64,000 bases of DNA from an uncultured Oscillospiraceae bacterium (GCA_905236305.1 CAJOPB010000108.1:9968-73967); one strand, 5' to 3'. Positions 8,009 through 16,303 are shown, counted from the first letter of the stretch. Made by a program: numbers and translations. Notes: generated from the letters alone by a model not told the origin.

Positions 8009-9403
8009 TCAGAATCGGAAATACAAAAACGGATTATAGGTAGCGTCAACCAGATAGGCCGTAGACAGCACCAGGCCCGCCGCGATCAGTACAGGAGTCA
8101 GTGCCGCGCGCAGGGCAGGGGAGAGACGGTCATACACGGCCTTTCCCAGCGGCGTGCTGGCGGCGGCAGCGAGCAGGAAAAGGAGCGCATAGTTCTTCAG
8201 ATAGAACAGGTCAGTTTGATTCAGCAGACCCGCTCCGCCCCCGAACATGGCACGATAATACCCAAAAGCGGCAGCCATGCTGTCCAGATCAAACATTACC
8301 CAGCCGCAGATGGCTACAACCAGTGTGTAGATTGTGGCGACAACGGGAGCTTTTTCCAGCGGCTTGAGAAGAAAGGCCTTTTCAAGCATCAAAAACACTG
8401 CATAATATAAGCCCCAGCAGAGAAACGTCCAGTTTGCTCCGTGCCAGAAGCCGGTGAGCGCCCAGACGATGAGAATGTTTAAAAACTGCCGCGGCAGTCC
8501 CCTGCGATTTCCGCCCAGAGGAATATAGACGTAGTCCCGGAACCAGGTGCCGAGACTGATATGCCATCGCCTCCAGAACTCCGTGACACTGCGGGAGATG
8601 TAGGGATAATTGAAGTTTTCAAGAAATTCAAAGCCCAGCATCCGCCCCAGCCCGATGGCCATATCAGAGTAACCGGAGAAATCGAAATATATCTGCAGCG
8701 TAAAGGCGACAATGCCCATCCAGGCGCCAAGCACCGTCAGGGTCTCGGGGCTTTTGGCGGAATAGATGTCCCAGAGCATACCGATATTGTTAGCAATCAG
8801 AACCTTCTTCGCCAGCCCCACCATAAAACGCCGGACCCCGGAGGCAAATTGTTCTACGCTGCCGGCACGAAAGTTCAGCTGGCTGGCCACATCCTTATAC
8901 CGCACGATGGGACCGGCAATCAGCTGAGGAAACAGCGCCACAAAGGTGCCGAAGCTGATAAAGCTCCGCTGGGGCTCGCTGTCGCCGCGATAGACGTCGA
9001 TGGGATAGCTCATGGTCTGGAAGGTATAGAAGCTGATGCCAATGGGCAGGGTGAGCCCAAGTGTAGGAATATCCAATCCCGGAAGCAGGCTCAGAGTGGA
9101 AGCAAAGAGGTCGTAATACTTAAAAAACCCCAGCATCGCCAGATTGACCGCAATATCCGAGATCAAAATCATTTTTGCCCGCTTTTGGGCAGCGATGCGA
9201 TAATTTCCGATCAGCAGTCCGGCGAAAAAATTGACCGTGATGGAAAAGAGCATCAGAAGAATATAGACCGGTTCTCCCCAGCCGTAAAAAACCAGATTGA
9301 CGATAAACAGCCACAGATTCCGCTGCTTTCGCGGCAGAAGGCAGTATACTGCCAGAACAACAGGGAAGTAGAGGAATAAAAACAATGTGCTGGAAAAGAT
9401 CAT
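8009..9403 (-). CDS. MBOAT-family membrane-bound O-acyltransferase (AlgI/PatA/DltB-like)
   Basis: 464 aa and polytopic. It carries typical AlgI-like blocks (YTFQTMSYPIDVYRG, FPQLIAGPIVRY, DFSGYSDMAIGLGRMLGF, FWRRWHISLGTWFRDYVYIPLGGNR, including the conserved His). Confidence 0.9.
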   Translation of the reverse strand: MIFSSTLFLFLYFPVVLAVYCLLPRKQRNLWLFIVNLVFYGWGEPVYILLMLFSITVNFFAGLLIGNYRIAAQKRAKMILISDIAVNLAMLGFFKYYDLFASTLSLLPGLDIPTLGLTLPIGISFYTFQTMSYPIDVYRGDSEPQRSFISFGTFVALFPQLIAGPIVRYKDVASQLNFRAGSVEQFASGVRRFMVGLAKKVLIANNIGMLWDIYSAKSPETLTVLGAWMGIVAFTLQIYFDFSGYSDMAIGLGRMLGFEFLENFNYPYISRSVTEFWRRWHISLGTWFRDYVYIPLGGNRRGLPRQFLNILIVWALTGFWHGANWTFLCWGLYYAVFLMLEKAFLLKPLEKAPVVATIYTLVVAICGWVMFDLDSMAAAFGYYRAMFGGGAGLLNQTDLFYLKNYALLFLLAAAASTPLGKAVYDRLSPALRAALTPVLIAAGLVLSTAYLVDATYNPFLYFRF

Positions 9404-10458
9404 GTTTTCGTTTTTCCTTTTTCCGGAGGCCGGGAGGAAAGCTGCTCCTTTGAGGCGCTCCTGTGATTCCCCGGCTGGAAGGAGCCAAGGGGATTTGCTG
9501 AGGCTGCGATACGCAGCTCAGAGTTATCCACATGGGTGTAAATCTGTGTGGTATTCAGGTGCTCATGTCCCAGCACCTCCTGCAGCGTGCGCACATCCAC
9601 GCCGTTTTGCAGCATCAGAGTCGCGGCAGTATGGCGCAGCTTATGGGCAGAATACTTTTCTGCATCCAGACCTGCCCGCAGCAGATGCTTTTTTACCAGC
9701 GCATGGACGGTTTCCCTGCTGATGCGCAGCTTTCGGTTGGAGAGAAACAGGGCGCTGGTCTGGGCCTGAATACCGTTGCGTACCACCAGATAGTCGTTGA
9801 TCGCAGAGGCAGTTGCATCGTTGAGGTAGACCACGCGCTCCTTGTTCCCCTTGCCGAGGATACGGAGATTGTCTGTGCGAATATCTGTCAGGTTCAGCCC
9901 CACAATTTCCGAGATACGCAGCCCGCAGTTCAGGAAAATGCATAGAATACAGTAGTCCCGCTCCCGATTGGCCCCATCGACAGCACTGAGCAGCTTCTGG
10001 CTCTCAGAGAGGGAGAGATAGCGGGGAAGTGTTTTGGGCAGCTTGGGGGAATCCAGATCCTGAACCGGATTTTCCTGCAGCAGCTTTGCCTTGACGGTAA
10101 GATATTTATAAAAGCTTTTAATTGCTGCAATTTTCCTGGCCCGGGACGCCGGCCCAATACCAAATTCCTTCTCGCGGCTGTGCTGATTTTTAATCCGGTC
10201 CCGGCTGAGGAAGGAGAGAAATTCATATACCTCAGAAAGTGTTACCGTTTTTACAAAATCCAAGTCCACGTCACGGATGTCGATGTCCTCCAGCTCTGTT
10301 GTGCGGGGAACTGTCCCGCGATGGATTTTTAAATACCGGAAAAAGGTGCGGAGATCCAGATAGTACTCGTCCACTGTCCGCTGAGAGTGGCCCTTAATGG
10401 TCTCGTGATAGGTCAGAAAATCACGCAGAATCTTTGGCGCGTCGCTTCTGTAGTTCAT
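9400..10458 (-). CDS. Tyrosine site-specific recombinase (XerC/XerD-like)
   Basis: Catalytic signature residues are present: GLRISEIVGL (Arg), HKLRHTAATLMLQNG (HxxR), LGHEHLNTTQIYTHV (His and Tyr). The stop overlaps the MBOAT start (ATGA at 9400-9403). Confidence 0.85.
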   Translation of the reverse strand: MNYRSDAPKILRDFLTYHETIKGHSQRTVDEYYLDLRTFFRYLKIHRGTVPRTTELEDIDIRDVDLDFVKTVTLSEVYEFLSFLSRDRIKNQHSREKEFGIGPASRARKIAAIKSFYKYLTVKAKLLQENPVQDLDSPKLPKTLPRYLSLSESQKLLSAVDGANRERDYCILCIFLNCGLRISEIVGLNLTDIRTDNLRILGKGNKERVVYLNDATASAINDYLVVRNGIQAQTSALFLSNRKLRISRETVHALVKKHLLRAGLDAEKYSAHKLRHTAATLMLQNGVDVRTLQEVLGHEHLNTTQIYTHVDNSELRIAASANPLGSFQPGNHRSASKEQLSSRPPEKGKTKT

Positions 10459-10513
10459 ACTGTTGCCATCCTGAGGGGAGGACGCGGGTGGGCGTCCTCA
10501 TATATTTTGTTTA

Positions 10514-10542
10514 ATCTTAATTGTTTTTTCTCTCCGCGTCAA
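10514..10542 (-). promoter_or_regulatory. Promoter of the recombinase-MBOAT-DHHW operon (TTGACG-17-TAAGAT)
   Basis: On the minus strand, TTGACG lies at 10542-10537, followed by a 17-nt spacer and TAAGAT at 10519-10514. An 8-bp hairpin (GAGGACGC/GCGTCCTC, 10479-10500) lies in the short leader. Confidence 0.55.
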
Positions 10543-10591
10543 TATCTGAATGCCAGAACCTACAGAAATTGCAAAAGATATTTTTTAGCTC

Positions 10592-10620
10592 TTGACAAGA
10601 TTTCCTCTTTTTTATATTAT
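10592..10620 (+). promoter_or_regulatory. Promoter of the aminotransferase gene (TTGACA-17-TATTAT)
   Basis: TTGACA at 10592-10597, a 17-nt spacer, then TATTAT at 10615-10620. About 120 nt of leader follow. Confidence 0.6.
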
Positions 10621-10668
10621 ACTCTGAGTAGGCGGCCTGCCCGGCCGCGTATCTTTCAGGTCCTGCGA

Positions 10669-10700
10669 CAGAGTACCGGAGAGGTATTCTGCTTTTTTTT
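10669..10700 (+). terminator. Intrinsic-terminator-like hairpin inside the aminotransferase 5' leader (candidate attenuator)
   Basis: CAGAGTACC-ggaga-GGTATTCTG forms a 9-bp stem with one G-U pair. It is followed by C and eight T (10693-10700), 46 nt upstream of the ATG. Confidence 0.55.
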
Positions 10701-10746
10701 CGATTACGGATGCTTCCGCTTTTGTTGCATTCAGGAGGTGTTTTTC

Positions 10747-11964
10747 ATGTATGATGTGAATATGGCGTCCAGGATGGAGACCATTCATTCCGACATTCGC
10801 GGCGGTGCCTATTTTGAGGCGAACCGTATGATTGCCGAGGGTATCCCGGTATTGAAGCTGAACACGGGCAATCCCGGTGCCTTTGGCTTCAAAATGCCAA
10901 CCAGCGTGCGCACGGTTCTGACAGACAATCTGGAAAAGGCTGTGCCCTACTGCGAGGTGAAGGGAATGCCGGAGGCAAGACGGGCTGTACTGAACTATCA
11001 GGTGCGCCGGGGCTTCCAGAATATCACCACGGATGACATCTTTATCGGAAACGGTGTCAGCGAAATTGCGAGCATGATCGCCACGGCAATGTTTGAATAC
11101 GGTGACGAGGTGCTGATTCCAGCACCCAGCTATTCCCTTTGGACCAACGTTACCATTATTGCCGGCGCCCGCCCGGTGCTCTACACCTGTGATGAGAGCA
11201 GTGACTGGTATCCCGACGTAAAGGACATGCGCAGCAAGATCACCAGCAAGACCAAGGCAATTTTGCTGATCAACCCCAACAACCCCACCGGCGCAGTATA
11301 TCCCGACGAGCTGCAGATGGAAATCATCAAGCTGGCGAGGGAGCATCATCTGGCAATCCTTTCGGATGAAATTTATGACCGGCTGGTGATGGACGGGCTG
11401 CCCCACAATTCTGCAGCTGCCCTGGCGCCGGACATGCCCATTGTCACCTTCAACGGTCTGAGCAAGAGTCACGTGATTTGCGGCTTTCGCTGCGGCTGGA
11501 TGGTGATCAGCGGTCCGGATAAGTTTAAGAAAAGCGTGTCTGACACGGTACACAAGCTGGCCTCCATGCGTCTGTGCGGAAATGCTCTGACGCAGCTGGT
11601 GATTCATGCCGCTCTTGCCGACGAGGATTCCACCCGGGCAATGCTCTGTCCCGGTGGCAGACTCTATGAGCAGCGCGAGGCCACCTGTGCGGCCCTGGAC
11701 AAGATCCCCGGCATCAGCTATGTTAAGAATCACGCTGCCTTCTATCTCTTTCCCAGGATTGATACGGAGAAATTCAATATCACGGACGATCGGCAGTTCG
11801 CGCTGGATGTGCTTCACGGGACGAATGTGCTGTTTGTCCCAGGCAGCGGGTTTGATTGGCCGCGGCCGGACCATTTCCGCATTGTGATGCTTGCCCACTC
11901 TCAGACCATGACCAAGGCCATGGAGGATTTGGGAAGGTTTTTGGAGACCTATCGACAGGAATGA
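10747..11964 (+). CDS. PLP-dependent class I/II aminotransferase (AlaA/alanine-aminotransferase-like)
   Basis: Blocks seen: LNTGNPGAFGF, ILLINPNNPTGAVY, and FNGLSKSHVICGFRCGW with the PLP lysine in SKS. ATG at 10747 with AGGAGG SD. The track ORF is extended 5' to 10387. Confidence 0.85.
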   Translation: MYDVNMASRMETIHSDIRGGAYFEANRMIAEGIPVLKLNTGNPGAFGFKMPTSVRTVLTDNLEKAVPYCEVKGMPEARRAVLNYQVRRGFQNITTDDIFIGNGVSEIASMIATAMFEYGDEVLIPAPSYSLWTNVTIIAGARPVLYTCDESSDWYPDVKDMRSKITSKTKAILLINPNNPTGAVYPDELQMEIIKLAREHHLAILSDEIYDRLVMDGLPHNSAAALAPDMPIVTFNGLSKSHVICGFRCGWMVISGPDKFKKSVSDTVHKLASMRLCGNALTQLVIHAALADEDSTRAMLCPGGRLYEQREATCAALDKIPGISYVKNHAAFYLFPRIDTEKFNITDDRQFALDVLHGTNVLFVPGSGFDWPRPDHFRIVMLAHSQTMTKAMEDLGRFLETYRQE

Positions 11965-11986
11965 GGCCGGCTTGACAGTTGCCGGA

Positions 11987-12040
11987 AAATGACGGCTGAA
12001 ACGAAATTATAGTCACGATATTTATGTCGTTGACCATAAA
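11987..12040. repeat. Dispersed intergenic repeat, modules D+C (AAATGACGGCTGAAAYGAAAWTATARTCACGAYATTTATGTCGTKGA)
   Basis: About 50 nt nearly identical to 2828-2880. The hairpin core TCACGAyATTTATGTCGTkGA also occurs at 24796-24820. Confidence 0.8.
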
Positions 12041-12046
12041 TTATGC

Positions 12047-12088
12047 AATAATACGTGTCCCGTCCGAAAGGGCGGGACACGTATTATT
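12047..12088. terminator. Perfect 16-bp hairpin between convergent genes (likely bidirectional terminator)
   Basis: AATAATACGTGTCCCG-tccgaaaggg-CGGGACACGTATTATT. It ends 4 nt from the stop codon of the ABC permease gene. A/T-rich flanks on both sides. Confidence 0.65.
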
Positions 12089-12092
12089 GTTA

Positions 12093-13685
12093 TTACCCCT
12101 TTACTCCGCCGCTGGTGAGACCGGAGACAAGATACTTTTCGATGAACATGAACAGTATGACAACGGGGATCGTGGCCAGGAGGGAGGCTGCAAACAGGTA
12201 TTGCCACTCAATCATATTGAAGGAGGAAAACTGGGTAATCCCCACTGTAATGGGGCGATTTGAGGCGGTAGAGATCAGTACGGTGGAAATGGTATATTCA
12301 TTCCAGGCGTTGATGAACACAAAAATCAGTGCAGTCACAATCCCAGGCGCAGCCATGGGAAGCAGTACCCTGGTGAGAGATTGCCGGGTGTTGCAGCCGT
12401 CAATCAGTGCGGCCTGTTCCATCTCCGGGGAGATGGAGATGAAGGTTCCGCGCAGAAGCCAGATGGCAAAGGCCTGGTTGAAGGCGGCATTGATCAGCAT
12501 TAGCCCCAGAACACTGTCATTGAGATGCAATGTGCTCATCAGCTGGGCAATCCCGATCAGAAGCACCACGGGGGAGAACATCTGGCTCATGATAACAAAG
12601 CCCAGGAAGATTGACTTGCCCTTGAATCGCATTCTGGCCATTGCGTAGGCGGCGGGAATGCCGCAGAGCATGGCGATCGCCGTGGCGCCGCCGGCCACCA
12701 GGAGAGAATTCAGCAGATACCGGGGGACGCCCCTGTTGATGATGTCTGTCAGATTCTGGAATATCCATTTTGTGGGAAAGAGATGCAGGAAATACATGTC
12801 TGTGGTCTCGGCATTGGAACGGAATGCGGTAATCAGCATGACATAGTAGGGATACAGGGTCACCAGACACAGCACGGTGACAAAGAAATACAGCAGGCCC
12901 CGCAGCAATGCCGGCCGAACTGCTCCGAAGCGGAGCTGTACCGCACTGAGCAGCATCAACAGCGCAGCCGGAAGCAGCAGCCAGATCATTCCTGACACCT
13001 GAAACACCAGCCCCTTGAGCACTGCATCCATGCGATCTACGGCAGTTCCGCCGAAAAGGAAAGCATCCATGGCGCTCCAGGCGTTTTCCTTTCCCTCCGT
13101 CAGCAGCTCTGCGCTGTAAAGGGAGAGCTTGCGGGAAAAGAAATAGGTGTTCATCATCACAAACACAGGTATCAAAAAGAGTGCCAGCACACCCAGCGCA
13201 CAGGCTGCGGAACGAAGCGCCCGGGCTCGGGGGTCCAAATGCTTGTGCACAGTGTCTGCCGAGGGGATTGTCCCGGCCAGGGCGCAGAGGAAGGACAAAG
13301 CCAGCAGCAGGGTGATGCAGCGGAATATATGCGCGGAGGGTAGCGCGCTGGAGAAAAAAGACCAGAGATTCTTTCCGATGGTTTCGCTGATGGTAAAGGT
13401 CATCAGAGAGGTGGTCTCGCCCTTGGAGTTGGTGCGGAGGGTCTGGTCCTCCCGAATCTCCACAGAGAAGCCCTGAGCACGGTATTCCTCTGCTGCGGTG
13501 TTTACCTCCTCCATTGCCGCGGTATATTTGTCATCGCCCGGGAAGGTGTTTGAGGACTTCTTTGTATATACATTTGCGTCAAAGGAGTACAGCGGCAGGC
13601 TGAACAGCACTGCGCAGAGAATCAGACCAACCAGCATCAGCTCCAGCGCGATGCGGTTTTGTCTGGAAAACGCGGCATTCTTCAT
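12093..13685 (-). CDS. CUT1-type sugar ABC transporter permease (MalG-like) with an approximately 250-aa N-terminal extension
   Basis: The C-terminal approximately 280 aa is a typical binding-protein-dependent permease with an EAA-like loop (EQAALIDGCNTRQSLTRVLLPMAAP). The N-terminal approximately 250 aa adds hydrophobic segments and a hydrophilic loop. The ATG overlaps the upstream stop (ATGA). Confidence 0.85.
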   Translation of the reverse strand: MKNAAFSRQNRIALELMLVGLILCAVLFSLPLYSFDANVYTKKSSNTFPGDDKYTAAMEEVNTAAEEYRAQGFSVEIREDQTLRTNSKGETTSLMTFTISETIGKNLWSFFSSALPSAHIFRCITLLLALSFLCALAGTIPSADTVHKHLDPRARALRSAACALGVLALFLIPVFVMMNTYFFSRKLSLYSAELLTEGKENAWSAMDAFLFGGTAVDRMDAVLKGLVFQVSGMIWLLLPAALLMLLSAVQLRFGAVRPALLRGLLYFFVTVLCLVTLYPYYVMLITAFRSNAETTDMYFLHLFPTKWIFQNLTDIINRGVPRYLLNSLLVAGGATAIAMLCGIPAAYAMARMRFKGKSIFLGFVIMSQMFSPVVLLIGIAQLMSTLHLNDSVLGLMLINAAFNQAFAIWLLRGTFISISPEMEQAALIDGCNTRQSLTRVLLPMAAPGIVTALIFVFINAWNEYTISTVLISTASNRPITVGITQFSSFNMIEWQYLFAASLLATIPVVILFMFIEKYLVSGLTSGGVKG

Positions 13686-14566
13686 CCTTCCTCCTCCTTC
13701 CGCATGACAAAGAACATATAAGCACCTGCACAGAGACAGAGGATCAGAAAGCCGATCACGGAAAGCGCCGTCGCCGGACCCTTTTTACGGTCGTAGAAGC
13801 TCAGCATGTACAGAAACGTAATCATCGTGTCCGTTTTGTTGGCCGGGGCGCCCTTGGTCATGGTATAGACAATGGGGAAGGAATTGAAAACATAGATGAT
13901 ATTCAAAACTGTGCTGACTGTGAGGGAGGGGCGCACCAGCGGGAGCGTGATATTCCACAGCTTGGACCAGAAGCCGGCGCCGTCCATGGTCGCTGCCTCA
14001 TAGAGGGAGCTGTCGATGGACTGCAGGCCGGATAATACGCAAAAGGTGACAAAGGGAACGGTAACGAAAATGCCCACAGCGCATTCCCACACAAATTCCA
14101 CCTGGTAGCTGGAGCGCCAGTTGATCGCCTGACGAATTATCCCAAGATTCAGAAGAAGATTGTTCAGATTGCCGTATTCATACTTGATAATATAATTCCA
14201 TACGCTGGCCTGGATTACCAGGCTGGTGGCCCAGGGGAAAATCAAAATGGCCCGGACAATTTTGCGTCCATGGAATCTTTGGTTGATGACCAAAGCGATG
14301 ATGAACCCAAAGAGGGTGGAAAGTCCCACGACGGACAGCACCCACCAGAGGGTATTGCGCATGACGGTTTTGAACGCGGGAAGGGAAACCGCGTCAGAAT
14401 AATTCCGAAAACCGATAAAATCTCCGACAATGCCGGCCTTGGAAATCTCACTGAAGGAGAGACGAAAGACAATGAGAATCGGATAGACCACAAAGACTGC
14501 GATGAGCACAATGCTGGGCAGCAGCCAAAGATAGGGCCTCCATTTTTTTCCTGTCAGGTTAGCCAT
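13682..14566 (-). CDS. CUT1-type sugar ABC transporter permease (MalF-like)
   Basis: 294 aa with six hydrophobic segments and an EAA loop (YEAATMDGAGFWSKLWNITLPLVRP). Confidence 0.9.
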   Translation of the reverse strand: MANLTGKKWRPYLWLLPSIVLIAVFVVYPILIVFRLSFSEISKAGIVGDFIGFRNYSDAVSLPAFKTVMRNTLWWVLSVVGLSTLFGFIIALVINQRFHGRKIVRAILIFPWATSLVIQASVWNYIIKYEYGNLNNLLLNLGIIRQAINWRSSYQVEFVWECAVGIFVTVPFVTFCVLSGLQSIDSSLYEAATMDGAGFWSKLWNITLPLVRPSLTVSTVLNIIYVFNSFPIVYTMTKGAPANKTDTMITFLYMLSFYDRKKGPATALSVIGFLILCLCAGAYMFFVMRKEEEG

Positions 14567-14610
14567 AAGACTTACCCCCCTTGTTGCCTCGGCAAAGAAT
14601 GATGATTCTG

Positions 14611-14675
14611 ATGCTTATACCAGTCTTCATGAAGACTGCATAAGGCGCGTTTTGCGCGGTGCTTTTTCGCCAAAC
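14611..14675. repeat. Dispersed repeat module B, here as a head-to-head pair around the perfect palindrome CAGTCTTCATGAAGACTG
   Basis: The perfect 18-bp palindrome spans 14621-14638. The right half continues GAAGACTGCATAAGGCGCGTTTTGCGCGG...GCCAAAC, matching 28985-29042, 25053-25110, 40300-40343 and 46478-46492. Confidence 0.7.
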
Positions 14676-14771
14676 GGAGCTGTGAATGAAAGGCGGACCC
14701 GGCGAAACGTCGGGCCCGCCCGGGCGCGTCTGAGTGGTCTGCTGGGGCTGTGTCAGGGGAGAGGCAGATGC

Positions 14772-16145
14772 TCAGCCCATGAGCTGTGCCTGGAGTGCAT
14801 CCAGCTCGCTTCTCACGTCTCCTCCCGCCAAAGCATTCTGCTCGGCGGCGATAACACCCTGCTTCACCTGATCCCATTCCGCCTTGGCTGTGGGATAGAA
14901 CTGGCAGGAATCCAGCACATTCAGCCATGCCGCAAAGGAGTCGTCAGAGGCGACGAGAGCGGCAACAGCGGAGTTGACTGCGGGAAGGAAGCCCTCCATG
15001 CTGACCCAGCCTACATAGTTTTCGGGATCATAGAAGAATTTGAGGAACTTGCCGATGGCCTCATTGCGGGCGGCCTGATCCGGAGCGGAATCGTCCTTGA
15101 AGGCCATAACGCGGTCCATGACACCCACAGAGGATCCGGTCTTGCCCTCGTTGGCGGGCAGAGCGGCAGTAGCCATGTTGATGTTTCCGCCCTTGTCAGA
15201 GACATAGGTGGGCAGCTGGTTCGGTGCAATGACCATGGCCAGCTTGCCGGCGGCAAACATATCCTGCAGGTCATAGCGGGTCTGGGTTGCGGGATTGGGG
15301 TTAGTGAACCCATCGCTGACCAGACTAATGGCGTATTCAATTGCCTCGACGTTCTCATCGGAGTTGACGGCCCAGTCGCCGTTATCGTCAACAAAGCCAC
15401 CGCCATTGCCCCAGGTATAATAGGCAAAGGCTGCCTGGCCCTCGTCGGTGGTCATGTCGATACCCCAGGGATAGACCTCACCGTCATAATAGTCCAAAAT
15501 CGCCTGGGATACATCCTGCAGCTCGGCCCAGGTGGACGGGACCTCAACACCGACCTCCTCCAGCATGTCGACATTATAAAACAGTGCGCGGGCGCTGGCC
15601 AGATCGGGTACTGCCCACACGGTGCCGTCGATGACGGACTGGTCGATAAAGGAGGGGAAGAAATCGTTCAGGAGATCGTCAGGGCAATAATCCTTTACGG
15701 GCAGCAGAAGACCCTCATTGGCATAATTTGCGAACACATCAATGTTCAGAATATCCGGCGCGTTGTTGTTGGCGATGCGGGTGTCCACCACCGTATAGAC
15801 ATCATTCCAGCTCACAACTTCGAGATTCAGCTTGACGCCGGGATTTTCAGACTCAAACTTATCCACAAAGTTGGTGCCGTTCATGCCTTTGCCCAGGAAC
15901 CAATCGTTGGTGTTGGGACCGTACTGGCATATGATAACATCCAGAGTGATGCTATCTCCGCCGTCAGATGCCTCCGCGGGAGCTTCTTCGGCCTTCGGAG
16001 CCTCGGTGGCGGCAGGCGCCTGTGTTGCAGCCGGGGCGGCCGTCGCAGCGGGTGCCTGCGTGGCTGCAGGGGTGCTGCCTCCGCCGCAGGCTGCCAGCCC
16101 AAGCGCCATGACAAGCGCGAGAGCCAGTGCAAGTGTCTTTTTCAT
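14772..16145 (-). CDS. Extracellular solute-binding lipoprotein of the sugar ABC transporter
   Basis: Lipoprotein signal MKKTLALALALVMALGLAACGG, then an Ala/Pro/Thr-rich linker and a family-1 SBP-like body. It is the first gene of the SBP-permease-permease operon. Confidence 0.9.
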   Translation of the reverse strand: MKKTLALALALVMALGLAACGGGSTPAATQAPAATAAPAATQAPAATEAPKAEEAPAEASDGGDSITLDVIICQYGPNTNDWFLGKGMNGTNFVDKFESENPGVKLNLEVVSWNDVYTVVDTRIANNNAPDILNIDVFANYANEGLLLPVKDYCPDDLLNDFFPSFIDQSVIDGTVWAVPDLASARALFYNVDMLEEVGVEVPSTWAELQDVSQAILDYYDGEVYPWGIDMTTDEGQAAFAYYTWGNGGGFVDDNGDWAVNSDENVEAIEYAISLVSDGFTNPNPATQTRYDLQDMFAAGKLAMVIAPNQLPTYVSDKGGNINMATAALPANEGKTGSSVGVMDRVMAFKDDSAPDQAARNEAIGKFLKFFYDPENYVGWVSMEGFLPAVNSAVAALVASDDSFAAWLNVLDSCQFYPTAKAEWDQVKQGVIAAEQNALAGGDVRSELDALQAQLMG

Positions 16146-16194
16146 TTTTCCTGTTCTCCTTCAAATTGAATTGTCACTTGGAGGTGACACAGTT

Positions 16195-16223
16195 ATTATA
16201 GTGCATCTTCATCAACTTGTCAA
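16195..16223 (-). promoter_or_regulatory. Consensus promoter of the ABC transporter operon (TTGACA-17-TATAAT) followed by a 6-6-6 dyad TGTCAC-ctccaa-GTGACA
   Basis: On the minus strand, TTGACA lies at 16223-16218, followed by a 17-nt spacer and TATAAT at 16200-16195. The dyad at 16172-16189 sits between the -10 box and the SD, so it is a candidate operator. Confidence 0.7.
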
Positions 16224-16303
16224 TAATCGCGGATAAAAATACGGCGCGCTCCGTGCATTCAGCACAAAACGCGCCGGCTGTTACAAAAAGCCGGGGAAGT
16301 GGA

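Noticed and set aside
9400-10458. Tyrosine recombinase as the integrase of a prophage, ICE or genomic island
   Set aside because: No phage, conjugation or transposition genes flank it, no tRNA gene is adjacent, and I found no direct repeats resembling att sites. It is co-oriented and translationally coupled with housekeeping-type envelope genes.
10540-10583. Possible invertible promoter (inverton) next to the recombinase: AATATCT ... AGATATT
   Set aside because: The inverted repeat is only 7 bp and encloses 30 bp. That is far shorter than known invertons, and it does not enclose either of the two predicted promoters.
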